Shown one piece after another: positions 30,788 through 41,263 of a stretch of DNA of 64,000 nucleotides. This stretch comes from Candidatus Poribacteria bacterium (GTDB taxonomy: Bacteria > Poribacteria > WGA-4E > PCPOR2b), in the NCBI GenBank assembly GCA_965208675.1, contig OZ242351.1, positions 2,048,001-2,112,000 on the forward strand. The letters are read 5' to 3'. Each line of letters opens with the position of its first letter. Position 1 is the first letter of the stretch. Made by a program: the position numbers and the translations under genes. The notes beneath the pieces were generated by a model. It made no database searches, was not told where the DNA came from, and saw nothing but the letters and a program-made list of their open reading frames with translations.

Positions 30788-33700
30788 TTGGAACTCAAGA
30801 GGAAAAAAGTGTTCATCCTAAAAAATTTGAAGCGTTATCGCGATGGAAGAGTTTCACCCGTAGGGCATTTTCATATTGTTCTGCGTCTATCTGTTCTCCT
30901 TCTTTTGCTTCATCTACACTTACCCTTTGCCCCGGTACAGCCGCTAGCTTGGGCGCTCGGTTTTGAATCAGGTCCTCAGGTAATTGATGACGCAGGCGAA
31001 GATACCGTTTTTAGCCCAAACGGTGACGGTGTTCAGGACAAGCTGCTTATCAGTTTCGTGACGGATGGTACTCGAGGGGATTTTCGGATTATTATTGACG
31101 TGCACGGTGCAGGCGGGATTGGTCCTCCCGATGGAGAATTCAATCCCGACGATGATTGGCTGGTCGGAGGCGCCATAGGCTCCGGAGCGACCGAATTCGA
31201 CGCACCTAAAATCATTCGTCAGGAATGGGATGGCAAAGATCGGTCTCCAGAACAAGAATCGCCGCCCACAGCTCGTGCTGTGCGGGACGGGACCTACAAC
31301 ATTCGCGTTGAAATTGACGCCTTCCAAGACGGTAGAGTTGACGAAATATTTCGATACCTCGCCGATACACTTACTGCCACCATTGACAGCGCCTCACCCG
31401 AGTCGTCCGTACAAGTTTCCCAAAGCGAGTTCTCACCGAATAGGGACGGTGTCAAAGACTCAACAGACATCAGCTTTATTCTCTCTGAAAACGTCGCAAC
31501 ATTGCAGTTAAGATTTGACGAATCGAACCGACCCGCGATTCCTTTGAGCGGGCGCTCACAGGGAAACCACACCTTCACATGGAACGGGAATGACAGTTTT
31601 GGCTCACGGTTGAGTGACGGTATCTATAATCTGCAACTACGAGGAAGTGATTATGGGGGCAACATAGGTGAGTTCACTGTTGGCGCAATAACTATTGATA
31701 CTACTTCGCCATCCATCTCGGAGGTTACGCCGAGCGGCAACTCCTTTCAAAACACACCAATCTCCGTTATCGAAGCGATAATCAATCCGGAGGGCGGATC
31801 CGCCATTGATTTCGCTCCGACATCGACAAATATTGCCTTGAAAGATGAAAACGGCAATTCAGTCGCAGGAAATCTAAAGGGCTACGAGAGCGAAAACCGA
31901 CTCACGCTGACTCTCAATACGCGATTGGACGACATTGACGAGAACGGAATTTACACGGTCTCCGTCGATGCGTTGGACCTAGCAGGAAACAGCGTTCAGG
32001 AAACGGTGTATTTCACATTCGATACAAGCCCGCCGATTGTGACCAGACTTACTGCCAACGGCGTGGACCTAAAACCCGGAACAGCGTTCAACACGCCGCT
32101 GCAGTTTATGCAAGCCTTTCTCGCAGATAACATTGAATTGAATCGCAATGCCTCGACCATCCGCCTGAATGGGCCTAGCGGCGCGGTCGATGGCGGACAG
32201 GGGCCCGTCGGCGAGAACGGTATCCAATTCTGGATGAGTTTCCCCTTAGAAACAGATGGAACAGACGACGGAACTTACACCCTCACGGTTGTGCCTGTGG
32301 ACCGTGCAGCCAACGAAGGTTCACAGCGGCAGATTTCTTTCATTTATGACACCCAACCACCGCAACTCCTTTCCCTTACCCCGATTGAGAATTCGAAACC
32401 GCGGACGTTCCGGAACACGCCGCTTTCTCAGGTAACCGCCGCCTTTGACGATGGGGATGGCAGCGGCATCAATCTTGATTCGACGACAATTGAAATGGTA
32501 CGCCAAGTTGAAGGTAGTGATACCGCCCCGATACCCGGTGTGTTGGTTCCGAATGTGAGTGACAGCACACTGGTCTTTCGGTTGAACCAACCGCTGCTGG
32601 TCCGCGATGGCAGTCAGGATGGCGCTTATGGGGTTCAGGTCAGCTTTGCGGATAAGGTGGGCAACGCTCACGCAACAGATGCTGTTCTGATTTATGACAC
32701 GCAGTCACCTGTGCTAATCTCGACAACTCCTGCAGACAACGCGACGGTTTCATCTCTGTCTCAAGTAACTGTTCGCCTCGGAGATGCGACAAGCGGGATT
32801 GATTTTTCATCCACAACCGTGAGATTGCTGCATGGTGGGAATGCGGTCAGCGTTGACACCAGCGATAACGGACAAGACGCTGTGACGCTCACCTTACCGA
32901 AACCGCTGACAACCGACGGATCGGACGACGGTGAATACACCATTGAGATTACGCCCGCCGACCGCGCCGGTAACATTGGAACGGTGCGCCACACTCGGTT
33001 CTTCTTTGAAACACGATTCCCTGAGATTCGGCTCAATACCCCCGGTGAATCCCAAGTCAGCACCTTGACGACAATCGAGGTGCAACTGGTCGATTACGTC
33101 GGTCCCGGGATAAGTTTCTTCCCTGTTCTGCAAGACGGCGTCTCGCGCAGCGAATCGACGATTCAGGTGATTGGACCGGATGGAAGTGTTGTTTTACCCA
33201 AAGAAATAACTACCGATGCGGAAAACGCACGGTTGAATTGGACGATTGATACGCCTCTGCCGCGCGACAGCTCGGCAGATGGCGAATACACGGTCACGGT
33301 CAGATTTGTAGATGTAACGGACTCTGCTTTTACGGAAGACTTTACCTTTACTTTTGATACGCAGATTCCGACCGTCGCAAATACAACGCCGGGAGCCGGC
33401 GATATCGTCTCCCAGTTGAATCAGGTAGTTGTAAAATTCGAGTCGGACGTCAGCGGTGTGGACCTCGGTGCTTCCGAAGTGCGTCTAATTCAGCCTGATG
33501 GTTCGCCAATTTTGTCAAACATATCGAATGACGGGTTTGACACGATTACATTGCAATTTAATCCGCTGCGGACAGATGGGGACGCGGACGGTATTTACGC
33601 GATTGAAGTCACGTCCGTCGATCGGGCGGGGAATGCGGCGGAGGCACCATTGCGATTTGAATTTACGTACGCGACGCAAACTCCGGGGATTCGACTGAAT

Positions 33701-36700
33701 TCCCCCAGCGAAACTCACATCAGCAACTTAACGACAATTGAGGCGCAACTCTTGGGTTACACCGGTCCCGGCATCAATTTCTCACCCGTGTTGCAAGACG
33801 GCGATTTGCGCCGTAGATCGACAATTCAGGTGACAGGGCCCGATGGACAGGTTGTACGGGCCGAGGAGATTACCGCCGACGCGGAAAACGCGAGTTTAAC
33901 GTGGTCAATTGATACCGCCCTGCCCCGCAACGGATCCGCGGACGGGGAATACACCGTCCATGTTAGGTATGAAGATTTCGCGGGCAGTGCTTTCGCCGAA
34001 GAGTTTACGCTAATTTACGACACGCAGATTCCGACCGTTGCTAACACAAAGCCGAGTTCCGGCGACAACATCTCCGAATTGAGTAAAGTCATTGTTAAAT
34101 TCGAGCCGGACCTTAGCGGTGTCGACCTCGCCGCTTCCCAAGTGCTTCTCATTCGACCTGATGGCACGCCGGTTTTGTCAAACACGTCGAACAACGGTCT
34201 TGAGACAATTACACTGCAGTTTAATCCGCTGCGGACAGATGGGACTGCTGACGGTATTTACGCGATTGAAGTCACGTCCGTGGATGGTGCGGGAAATATC
34301 TCCGAAGCGCCATTTCGATTTGAATTTACGTTCGCAACACAGTCACCGGAGATTGACACGCTGGTACCGCCTGACAACGCGATTGTCAATAGCGTGGAAG
34401 ATATTACGGCGACGCTGATTGACAAAAGCGGAAGCGGCATAGATTTTTCGCAATCGACTATCATATTGAAAAATGCCCTCGGCGAGAGAATAGCGGGCGT
34501 TTTGAGAAATGACGGCGCGCTGGCGCTCACGCTGGAGGCAATACTACCAACCGACGGCGCGGCGGACGGGGAGTACACAATCGAAATCAATCTAGTTAAT
34601 GAACTCGGCACGAGCGCGGATTACACCAGCGTTTTTCTGTATGACAGCCACCCGCCGCAGATTACGCCGGAATCCCGCATGCCAGCGGACAGTGCGACGA
34701 ACTGGAATCAAATTGAAGTTGAATTTGAAGTTATAGACCCGGCGCCTTCCACGGCAAGAGACGGCGTGGAAGGGTCGGGCGTTGATTATTCCGCGTCAGA
34801 GGTTCAATTGCTGGCGCCGGACAGTTCCCCAGTTGACGGCGAAAAGACCTACGACGGAATGAGTCGCATCACCTTTAAATCCGCCGGATTTTCGAGTATT
34901 GGGACGTACACCCTGGTTGTAACACTGGTGGATGCCGCGGGAAACAGCGGGATTCCACAGACATTTACAATCACCTACGACATGGAAAAACCCGTCATTG
35001 AGGTGTTGAATGCGATCACGCCATTTGGCACCATGCCCCTCGACATTATTGGAGGCGCGTCCAACATCAGCGACCAGTTGACACGGGTCGAGGCCGTCTT
35101 GAGCGACGACAGTGCAGGGATAGATTTTAACCGCTCATTAGTCCAGTTGTTGAACCCTGACGGTGAAGCAACCGCCGGTGTTCTCAATAATGACAACAGC
35201 GAAACAGTTTGGTGGCTGCTTGATACGCCTCTCCCACGAAACGGCGACGCCGACGGCGCGTATTCAATCCGCGTTCAAGCCTTCGATAAAGCCGGGAACC
35301 TTGAAGACGCATCCTTTACGCTTCATTACGACACGCAAGCCCCGAACGTTGATTCAATTCGCGTACAACAGACAGACGGTGTGAGTATTGATGTACTTCA
35401 GGAATCTACTGTCATCATGTCCTCCGTGCACCGTCTAATTGTAAGCTTCTCGGACGAGCGCGGCAGCGGTATGGATTTCTCAAGGACAGCCGTGCGTCTA
35501 ATCGCCCCAAACGGGGACGAGATTGGCGGAAATCAGACCGATGATGGCGCCGGAACTGTGTTGTTCAGTTTTAATCCGCTGCCGGTAGACGGATTGGCTG
35601 ACGGGCGTTACCGCATTCAGGTGACGCCAACCGATTTGGCGGGTAATACGTACACCAGTCCAATCGAATTTCCGTTCTTCTATAGTACCCAGAATCCGGA
35701 GATTGTCTCGACGACACCGGCTGCGTTTTCATATGCTGCCCAACTCATGTCTGTGAGTGCGGCGTTGCTAGATCACAGCGGTGAAGGTATAGATTTCAAT
35801 CGGTCTACTATTCAGCTTACGGGGCCAACGGGCAACCGCGTCGCGGGACGCATTCGCACTGACAAAGCGGCTTCGACACTTACGTTGGAGTTGGCTACCG
35901 CCCTACCTCGAAACGGGGAGGCAGATGGAGAATATATCATCGGCTTGACCGTCACCGATAAAGCTGGCAACCTCGTCGAAGCATCTAGCACGTTTATCTA
36001 CGACACGCAGATTCCGCAGATTCTGTCCGTGACGGCAAATACTGAACCCCCAACGCACATCGAGGGTGACCAGTTAGAAATCATTGATACGTCGTTGAGC
36101 GAGATTACAGTCAGATTCTCTGACATACATAATGAAATAACGCCGGTCAGCGGGGTAGACCTCGCGGGGACAGCGGTCCGATTGATTGCGCCGGACGAGA
36201 CTGAGGTTGACGTACATGCCCGGGACAACGGGGTTGACACGATGACCGTCACTTTTACCCGCTTGAACCGTTCCGGCAACTACACGCTCGAAATCACGCC
36301 GCACGACCTCGCCGGCAACGTCTCAGGGCGTGCCATCCCTTACAACTTCAGAATTGAGTTGGCGCCTCCACGTGTTGATGCACTCACCATTAGCGGACAC
36401 GCTGCGCCAGTGGAGTTTGTCAATGCGCTGGACGCTATCACTGCCACGTTAGATGATGTGAGTGGCGTCGGTTTAGACTTGACCTCGGATGGATCGACCA
36501 TTACCGTGGTTGGACCTGACGGAAATGTAGACGGAATCCAGAACAGGAGCGGAACGAATGAGATTGTCTGGATACCGTTGCAACTGGCGACAGACGGTAC
36601 GATGGATGGCACCTATAGGGTGACAATAACCCCTGTCGATTCAGCGGGTGGCGAGGGTGTTCCGGCACGCCATCAATTCATATTGGATACTCAGACCCCA

Positions 36701-39700
36701 ACAGTGAGGCTGAATGCAGTCACTCCATCGCGTGTTATTCCGCTCGACATTACAGGGGATGCTCCCAACATCAGCAACCAGTTGACACGGGTCGAGGCCG
36801 TCTTGAGCGACGACAGTGCAGGGATAGATTTTAACCGCTCATTAGTCCAGTTGTTGAACCCTGACGGTGAAGCAACCGCCGGTGTTCTCAATAATGACAA
36901 CAGCGAAACAGTTTGGTGGCTGCTTGATACGCCTCTCCCACGAAACGGCGACGCCGACGGCGCGTATTCAATCCGCGTTCAAGCCTTCGATAAAGCCGGG
37001 AACCTTGAAGACGCATCCTTTACGCTTCATTACGACACGCAAGCCCCGAACGTTGATTCAATTCGCGTACAACAGACAGACGGTGTGAGTATTGATGTAC
37101 TTCAGGAATCTACTGTCATCATGTCCTCCGTGCACCGTCTAATTGTAAGCTTCTCGGACGAGCGCGGCAGCGGTATGGATTTCTCAAGGACAGCCGTGCG
37201 TCTAATCGCCCCAAACGGGGACGAGATTGGCGGAAATCAGACCGATGATGGCGCCGGAACTGTGTTGTTCAGTTTTAATCCGCTGCCGGTAGACGGATTG
37301 GCTGACGGGCGTTACCGCATTCAGGTGACGCCAACCGATTTGGCGGGTAATACGTACACCAGTCCAATCGAATTTCCGTTCTTCTATAGTACCCAGAATC
37401 CAGAGATTGTCTCGACCACTCCGGCTGCGTTTTCATACGCTGCCCAACTCATGTCTGTGAGTTCGGCGTTGCTAGATCACAGCGGTGAGGGCATAGATTT
37501 TGATCAGTCAACCATTCAGCTTACGGGGCCAACGGGCAACCGCGTCGCGGGACGCATTCGCGCAGACAAAGCGGCTTCGACACTCACGTTGGAGTTGGCT
37601 CCAGCCCTGCCTCGAAACGGGGAGGCAGATGGAGAATACATCATCGGCCTGACCATCGTGGATAAGGCGGGCAACCTCGTCGAATCGTCTAGCTCATTTA
37701 TCTACGACACGCAGATACCGCAGATTCTGTCCGTGACGGCAAATACTGAACCCCCAACGAACATCGAGGCTGACCAGTTAGAAATCATAGATACGTCGTT
37801 GCATGAGATTACTGTCATATTCTCAGACGCACATGATGAAATAACCCCAGTCAGTGGGGTAGACCTCGCGGGGACAGCGGTTCGATTGATTGCGCCTGAC
37901 GAAAGTCAGATCGACGTACATGCCCGCGACGACGGGGTTGACACGATGACCGTCACTTTTACGCGCTTGAACCGTTCCGGCAACTACACGCTCGAAATCA
38001 CGCCGCATGACCTCGCTGGCAACGTCTCGGGGCGCGCCATCCCTTACAATTTCAGAATTGAGTTGGCGCCTCCCCGCGTAGAAACAGCCAGCATTGGCGG
38101 ACATTCTACGCCGGTTGAGTTTGTCAATGCGCTGGACAGCATCACTGCCTCGCTTGTAGATGTCAGCGGCATCGGTTTAGACTTGACCTCCGACGGCTCG
38201 AGAATTACTGTACTTGGACCTGACGGAGAAGTGGACGGCATTCAGAGCACGCGCGGCACGAATGAGATTGTTTGGACACCGTTGCAACTCGCGACGGACG
38301 GCACGATGGATGGCACCTACACGGCGACAATAACCCCCATTGATTCAGCAGGTGAAGCCGGCATTCCGGTGCGGCATCAATTCATACTAGATACTCAGCC
38401 GCCCGTGGTAAGCGCAGTGTCGCCAATCATTCTCACTGAACCGGTATCCTATATTGGAGAACAGATCTCGCAAATCGCTGCATTGGCGGTCGATGCCGGT
38501 CCGGCTGGACTGAAAATCGATGAACAGCGGATTCACTTATTGGATTCACACGAGAACCTTGTGCCAGGAGATTTAACCAATGACGGAACGGAGCTGATAA
38601 TCTTCACGCTTACTCAATCTCTGGCAACCGATGGCAGCGACGATGGAACATACACCGTGGTTCTTGTTCTCAGCGACAATGCGGGCAATCTAAGCGGCAT
38701 TGCGCATCAGGTGGTGTATGACACGATAGCCCCAACGGTGCAAACGCACCCCGCGGATGGCGAGGCGATCCGTGATGATATCCGTACAATTTCGGCCGAT
38801 TTACAGGATACCGGCGGCAGCGGCATCGATTTTGACGCTTCGACTTTAACCCTTCTGGATGCAAACGGCGAGGAAATTACCGGCGAGCCGAATAACGATG
38901 GCCGCGGGCGGATGACGCTGCAAATCCCGGGGCTTGTGGCGGACGGGAACTATACTATCCGCGTCCTAGCTGTGGATCGGGCGGGAAATGGCGCCGATGC
39001 GCCTTTTACGGCGCGTTTCCTTTATTCGTCAAGTATACCGGCTGTGGTTTCAACCATACCAGCGACTTCGCCTCCTGAAAGAGCAACCACGAATAGACCC
39101 CTTCGCCAGGTCGAAGCCCAACTTCAGTTTGATGGAGACGACTCGGATCGTTCAACGATTACGCTGCTCTCTCCCGATGGCACACCTGTGGCGGGAATAC
39201 AGACTGAAGCTGGCAGCAGATTAGTGTATCGACTGTCGCGCCCTCTCGCTTCGGATGGATCTGACGACGGCATTTATACCATTTCGGTGATACCGGTCAA
39301 TCGCGCCGGACGCCAGGGGGCAACGCGGCAATTTACCTTTGCTTACGATACGATTCCACCCGAGATCGATCCGGATACCGTATCGTTGATTGTAGCGGAA
39401 CCGGGCGTTAACAATGCGCTCAACGAGATTCAGGCACTGATTACCGACGCCGAGCCGGGTTCGGGAATAAATTGGGACGATTTGGCTGAGTCTTGGCTCA
39501 CGTTTGAGAACATTGAGACGGGTCATCGCATTCGCGGAACGTTGTCTAGCGATGAACAGGAAACGCTTTCTTTGCGACTGGCGACGCCGCTTGCCAGCGA
39601 TGGAAGTCAAGATGGCGCATACCGCGTAACCGTAGTTGCTGCGGACCGCGCAAAGAACACCTCGGATCCGGTGATGTACGAATTCACCTACGATACACGT

Positions 39701-40744
39701 CCGCCGCTAGTCATTACGCATTCCTTAGAAATCAACGATCTGCCTCTGCTCTACGATAGGGAGCATTCCGACTATCCATCGGCAACTAACAGTATTACCG
39801 GCGTAGTCATTCGGGCGAGACTGGAAGATATTGCCCGCGACGGCGCGCGCGGGCTGGGAGTTGACCTCTCTCAATCAACAATTGCTCTGCATGATCCGGA
39901 GGGAAATCCGATAAACGGGCACATGCGCCAAAACGGAGTGGATACGATTGAGTTCAAATCTGACGCACTATCAATCGAAGGGCTTTATCAGGTTACCATC
40001 ACGAGCGTTGGGTTAGATGAGGCGGATCTCGGTTTTCAACCGATGGATTCAATCTCTACGGAGTTTCTTTATGAAAGAACTGAACCGGTTGCCGCGCTCA
40101 CAGATTTCGGCGGCGTCTCGACGCTTGAAAACGAACCGATTCCGTTGAGTGGCACGGCTTATGATCCGGAAACTGAAGAAGTATCTGCATCTGGAGTTCT
40201 GCAGATTGAAATTATTGGCGTGGGACCTAGCGGCGCCCCGATCAATCCGGTGCCGGCACAAGATGAAAGTGAAGCGGAGGAGGAACCGTGGAGCCGGTGG
40301 GCGGCCGATTTTCTGCCCACGCAATCCGGGGTATACAACCTTGATATTCGCGCCACTGATCAGGCGGGCAACGTTTCGGTGGTTGACGGCGTTACGGCGA
40401 CGTTCTCGGTTTCGCTCTCATTCAAGAGATCGACGTTTGTTTGGCCGAATCCAGTGAGACATTCACTCGGGGATGCGGCTAACTTCTCCTTCGATATCAA
40501 CGCCCCGGACGACGAGCGGATGGACGTTCTCCTTAGCATATACGATTTTGCCGGGGATCTCGTATACTATGAGGAGTTTCAAGAAATTTCCGCGGGCCGT
40601 ACCGACCAACTCGTGACGTGGAATCTAGAAAATCAATCGGGCGCCGACGTTGCGCGCGGGGTTTATATCTTCCGTCTTGAAGCGCAGCGTACCGGTTCAG
40701 AAGAACGTGCAAATGTAGTTGGCAAGGTTCTTGTTGTTGAATGA
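30788..40744 (+). CDS. Giant secreted Ig-like repeat protein (3318 aa) with FlgD-Ig domains
   Basis: Hydrophobic N-terminal segment; two FSPNxDGV.D FlgD/CHU-like units; about 25 modules with Y.I...P.D.AGN..F.YDTQ.P; C-terminal WPNP..SIYDFAGDLV..W...N..G..VA.GVY. Confidence 0.88.
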   Translation: MELKRKKVFILKNLKRYRDGRVSPVGHFHIVLRLSVLLLLLHLHLPFAPVQPLAWALGFESGPQVIDDAGEDTVFSPNGDGVQDKLLISFVTDGTRGDFRIIIDVHGAGGIGPPDGEFNPDDDWLVGGAIGSGATEFDAPKIIRQEWDGKDRSPEQESPPTARAVRDGTYNIRVEIDAFQDGRVDEIFRYLADTLTATIDSASPESSVQVSQSEFSPNRDGVKDSTDISFILSENVATLQLRFDESNRPAIPLSGRSQGNHTFTWNGNDSFGSRLSDGIYNLQLRGSDYGGNIGEFTVGAITIDTTSPSISEVTPSGNSFQNTPISVIEAIINPEGGSAIDFAPTSTNIALKDENGNSVAGNLKGYESENRLTLTLNTRLDDIDENGIYTVSVDALDLAGNSVQETVYFTFDTSPPIVTRLTANGVDLKPGTAFNTPLQFMQAFLADNIELNRNASTIRLNGPSGAVDGGQGPVGENGIQFWMSFPLETDGTDDGTYTLTVVPVDRAANEGSQRQISFIYDTQPPQLLSLTPIENSKPRTFRNTPLSQVTAAFDDGDGSGINLDSTTIEMVRQVEGSDTAPIPGVLVPNVSDSTLVFRLNQPLLVRDGSQDGAYGVQVSFADKVGNAHATDAVLIYDTQSPVLISTTPADNATVSSLSQVTVRLGDATSGIDFSSTTVRLLHGGNAVSVDTSDNGQDAVTLTLPKPLTTDGSDDGEYTIEITPADRAGNIGTVRHTRFFFETRFPEIRLNTPGESQVSTLTTIEVQLVDYVGPGISFFPVLQDGVSRSESTIQVIGPDGSVVLPKEITTDAENARLNWTIDTPLPRDSSADGEYTVTVRFVDVTDSAFTEDFTFTFDTQIPTVANTTPGAGDIVSQLNQVVVKFESDVSGVDLGASEVRLIQPDGSPILSNISNDGFDTITLQFNPLRTDGDADGIYAIEVTSVDRAGNAAEAPLRFEFTYATQTPGIRLNSPSETHISNLTTIEAQLLGYTGPGINFSPVLQDGDLRRRSTIQVTGPDGQVVRAEEITADAENASLTWSIDTALPRNGSADGEYTVHVRYEDFAGSAFAEEFTLIYDTQIPTVANTKPSSGDNISELSKVIVKFEPDLSGVDLAASQVLLIRPDGTPVLSNTSNNGLETITLQFNPLRTDGTADGIYAIEVTSVDGAGNISEAPFRFEFTFATQSPEIDTLVPPDNAIVNSVEDITATLIDKSGSGIDFSQSTIILKNALGERIAGVLRNDGALALTLEAILPTDGAADGEYTIEINLVNELGTSADYTSVFLYDSHPPQITPESRMPADSATNWNQIEVEFEVIDPAPSTARDGVEGSGVDYSASEVQLLAPDSSPVDGEKTYDGMSRITFKSAGFSSIGTYTLVVTLVDAAGNSGIPQTFTITYDMEKPVIEVLNAITPFGTMPLDIIGGASNISDQLTRVEAVLSDDSAGIDFNRSLVQLLNPDGEATAGVLNNDNSETVWWLLDTPLPRNGDADGAYSIRVQAFDKAGNLEDASFTLHYDTQAPNVDSIRVQQTDGVSIDVLQESTVIMSSVHRLIVSFSDERGSGMDFSRTAVRLIAPNGDEIGGNQTDDGAGTVLFSFNPLPVDGLADGRYRIQVTPTDLAGNTYTSPIEFPFFYSTQNPEIVSTTPAAFSYAAQLMSVSAALLDHSGEGIDFNRSTIQLTGPTGNRVAGRIRTDKAASTLTLELATALPRNGEADGEYIIGLTVTDKAGNLVEASSTFIYDTQIPQILSVTANTEPPTHIEGDQLEIIDTSLSEITVRFSDIHNEITPVSGVDLAGTAVRLIAPDETEVDVHARDNGVDTMTVTFTRLNRSGNYTLEITPHDLAGNVSGRAIPYNFRIELAPPRVDALTISGHAAPVEFVNALDAITATLDDVSGVGLDLTSDGSTITVVGPDGNVDGIQNRSGTNEIVWIPLQLATDGTMDGTYRVTITPVDSAGGEGVPARHQFILDTQTPTVRLNAVTPSRVIPLDITGDAPNISNQLTRVEAVLSDDSAGIDFNRSLVQLLNPDGEATAGVLNNDNSETVWWLLDTPLPRNGDADGAYSIRVQAFDKAGNLEDASFTLHYDTQAPNVDSIRVQQTDGVSIDVLQESTVIMSSVHRLIVSFSDERGSGMDFSRTAVRLIAPNGDEIGGNQTDDGAGTVLFSFNPLPVDGLADGRYRIQVTPTDLAGNTYTSPIEFPFFYSTQNPEIVSTTPAAFSYAAQLMSVSSALLDHSGEGIDFDQSTIQLTGPTGNRVAGRIRADKAASTLTLELAPALPRNGEADGEYIIGLTIVDKAGNLVESSSSFIYDTQIPQILSVTANTEPPTNIEADQLEIIDTSLHEITVIFSDAHDEITPVSGVDLAGTAVRLIAPDESQIDVHARDDGVDTMTVTFTRLNRSGNYTLEITPHDLAGNVSGRAIPYNFRIELAPPRVETASIGGHSTPVEFVNALDSITASLVDVSGIGLDLTSDGSRITVLGPDGEVDGIQSTRGTNEIVWTPLQLATDGTMDGTYTATITPIDSAGEAGIPVRHQFILDTQPPVVSAVSPIILTEPVSYIGEQISQIAALAVDAGPAGLKIDEQRIHLLDSHENLVPGDLTNDGTELIIFTLTQSLATDGSDDGTYTVVLVLSDNAGNLSGIAHQVVYDTIAPTVQTHPADGEAIRDDIRTISADLQDTGGSGIDFDASTLTLLDANGEEITGEPNNDGRGRMTLQIPGLVADGNYTIRVLAVDRAGNGADAPFTARFLYSSSIPAVVSTIPATSPPERATTNRPLRQVEAQLQFDGDDSDRSTITLLSPDGTPVAGIQTEAGSRLVYRLSRPLASDGSDDGIYTISVIPVNRAGRQGATRQFTFAYDTIPPEIDPDTVSLIVAEPGVNNALNEIQALITDAEPGSGINWDDLAESWLTFENIETGHRIRGTLSSDEQETLSLRLATPLASDGSQDGAYRVTVVAADRAKNTSDPVMYEFTYDTRPPLVITHSLEINDLPLLYDREHSDYPSATNSITGVVIRARLEDIARDGARGLGVDLSQSTIALHDPEGNPINGHMRQNGVDTIEFKSDALSIEGLYQVTITSVGLDEADLGFQPMDSISTEFLYERTEPVAALTDFGGVSTLENEPIPLSGTAYDPETEEVSASGVLQIEIIGVGPSGAPINPVPAQDESEAEEEPWSRWAADFLPTQSGVYNLDIRATDQAGNVSVVDGVTATFSVSLSFKRSTFVWPNPVRHSLGDAANFSFDINAPDDERMDVLLSIYDFAGDLVYYEEFQEISAGRTDQLVTWNLENQSGADVARGVYIFRLEAQRTGSEERANVVGKVLVVE
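35061..38400 (+). repeat. Intragenic tandem duplication with a 1704-bp period
   Basis: 35073-35697 reads identical to 36777-37401 by eye; the rest of the unit is similar but diverged. Confidence 0.9.
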
Positions 40745-40764
40745 TGGGGTGTGATTATGCGCGT

Positions 40765-41049
40765 GTAGGTTGGGTAGAGCGGATTTGGTGATTCATGTGT
40801 AGTATTTTGTGGGCAATACCTACGTTGGGATTGATCGGATAATGTAATAGCGGAGCGAAATCCAATGTTTTTGGATATTACGGAGCGTTTGGTATATGTG
40901 AAGCAATACGGATAAAACTATCGCCTTCGCTATTCGCTCAGTTGATCGTTGGGTTTCGCTCTGCGTGTATTGACAACAGCATCATCAGGAATTCGTACCG
41001 TTAATGCTTGTGTGAATCGTTTTGGGATTATCCGCTCTACCCAACCTAC
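40765..41049. repeat. Inverted pair of split-REP cassettes, each with a different 72-nt insert
   Basis: 40765-40781 arm, 40782-40853 insert, 40854-40865 arm; 40948-40960 arm, 40961-41032 insert, 41033-41049 arm. Confidence 0.85.
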
Positions 41050-41200
41050 AAGAGTTCGGTTGCGAATGAGGGTCGCGATTCGGGAATTGGTTCTACAAGA
41101 TACAGTTAGATTAGGATTGAGATACAGGCAAGTTATGCCCAAATATTTATGCACAATTTTATCTGAAAATTTGATATAATATTGGGTTAAGCCCGATGGT

Positions 41201-41236
41201 AAGGGGCAGTCTACTGCAGATTGCCCCTTCGTTTTT
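41201..41236 (+). terminator. Intrinsic terminator-like hairpin just upstream of the NHL gene
   Basis: AAGGGGCAGTCT-ACTGC-AGATTGCCCCTT followed by CGTTTTT. Confidence 0.5.
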
Positions 41237-41263
41237 GATATCTGATGCATTTTTTATGGGAGA

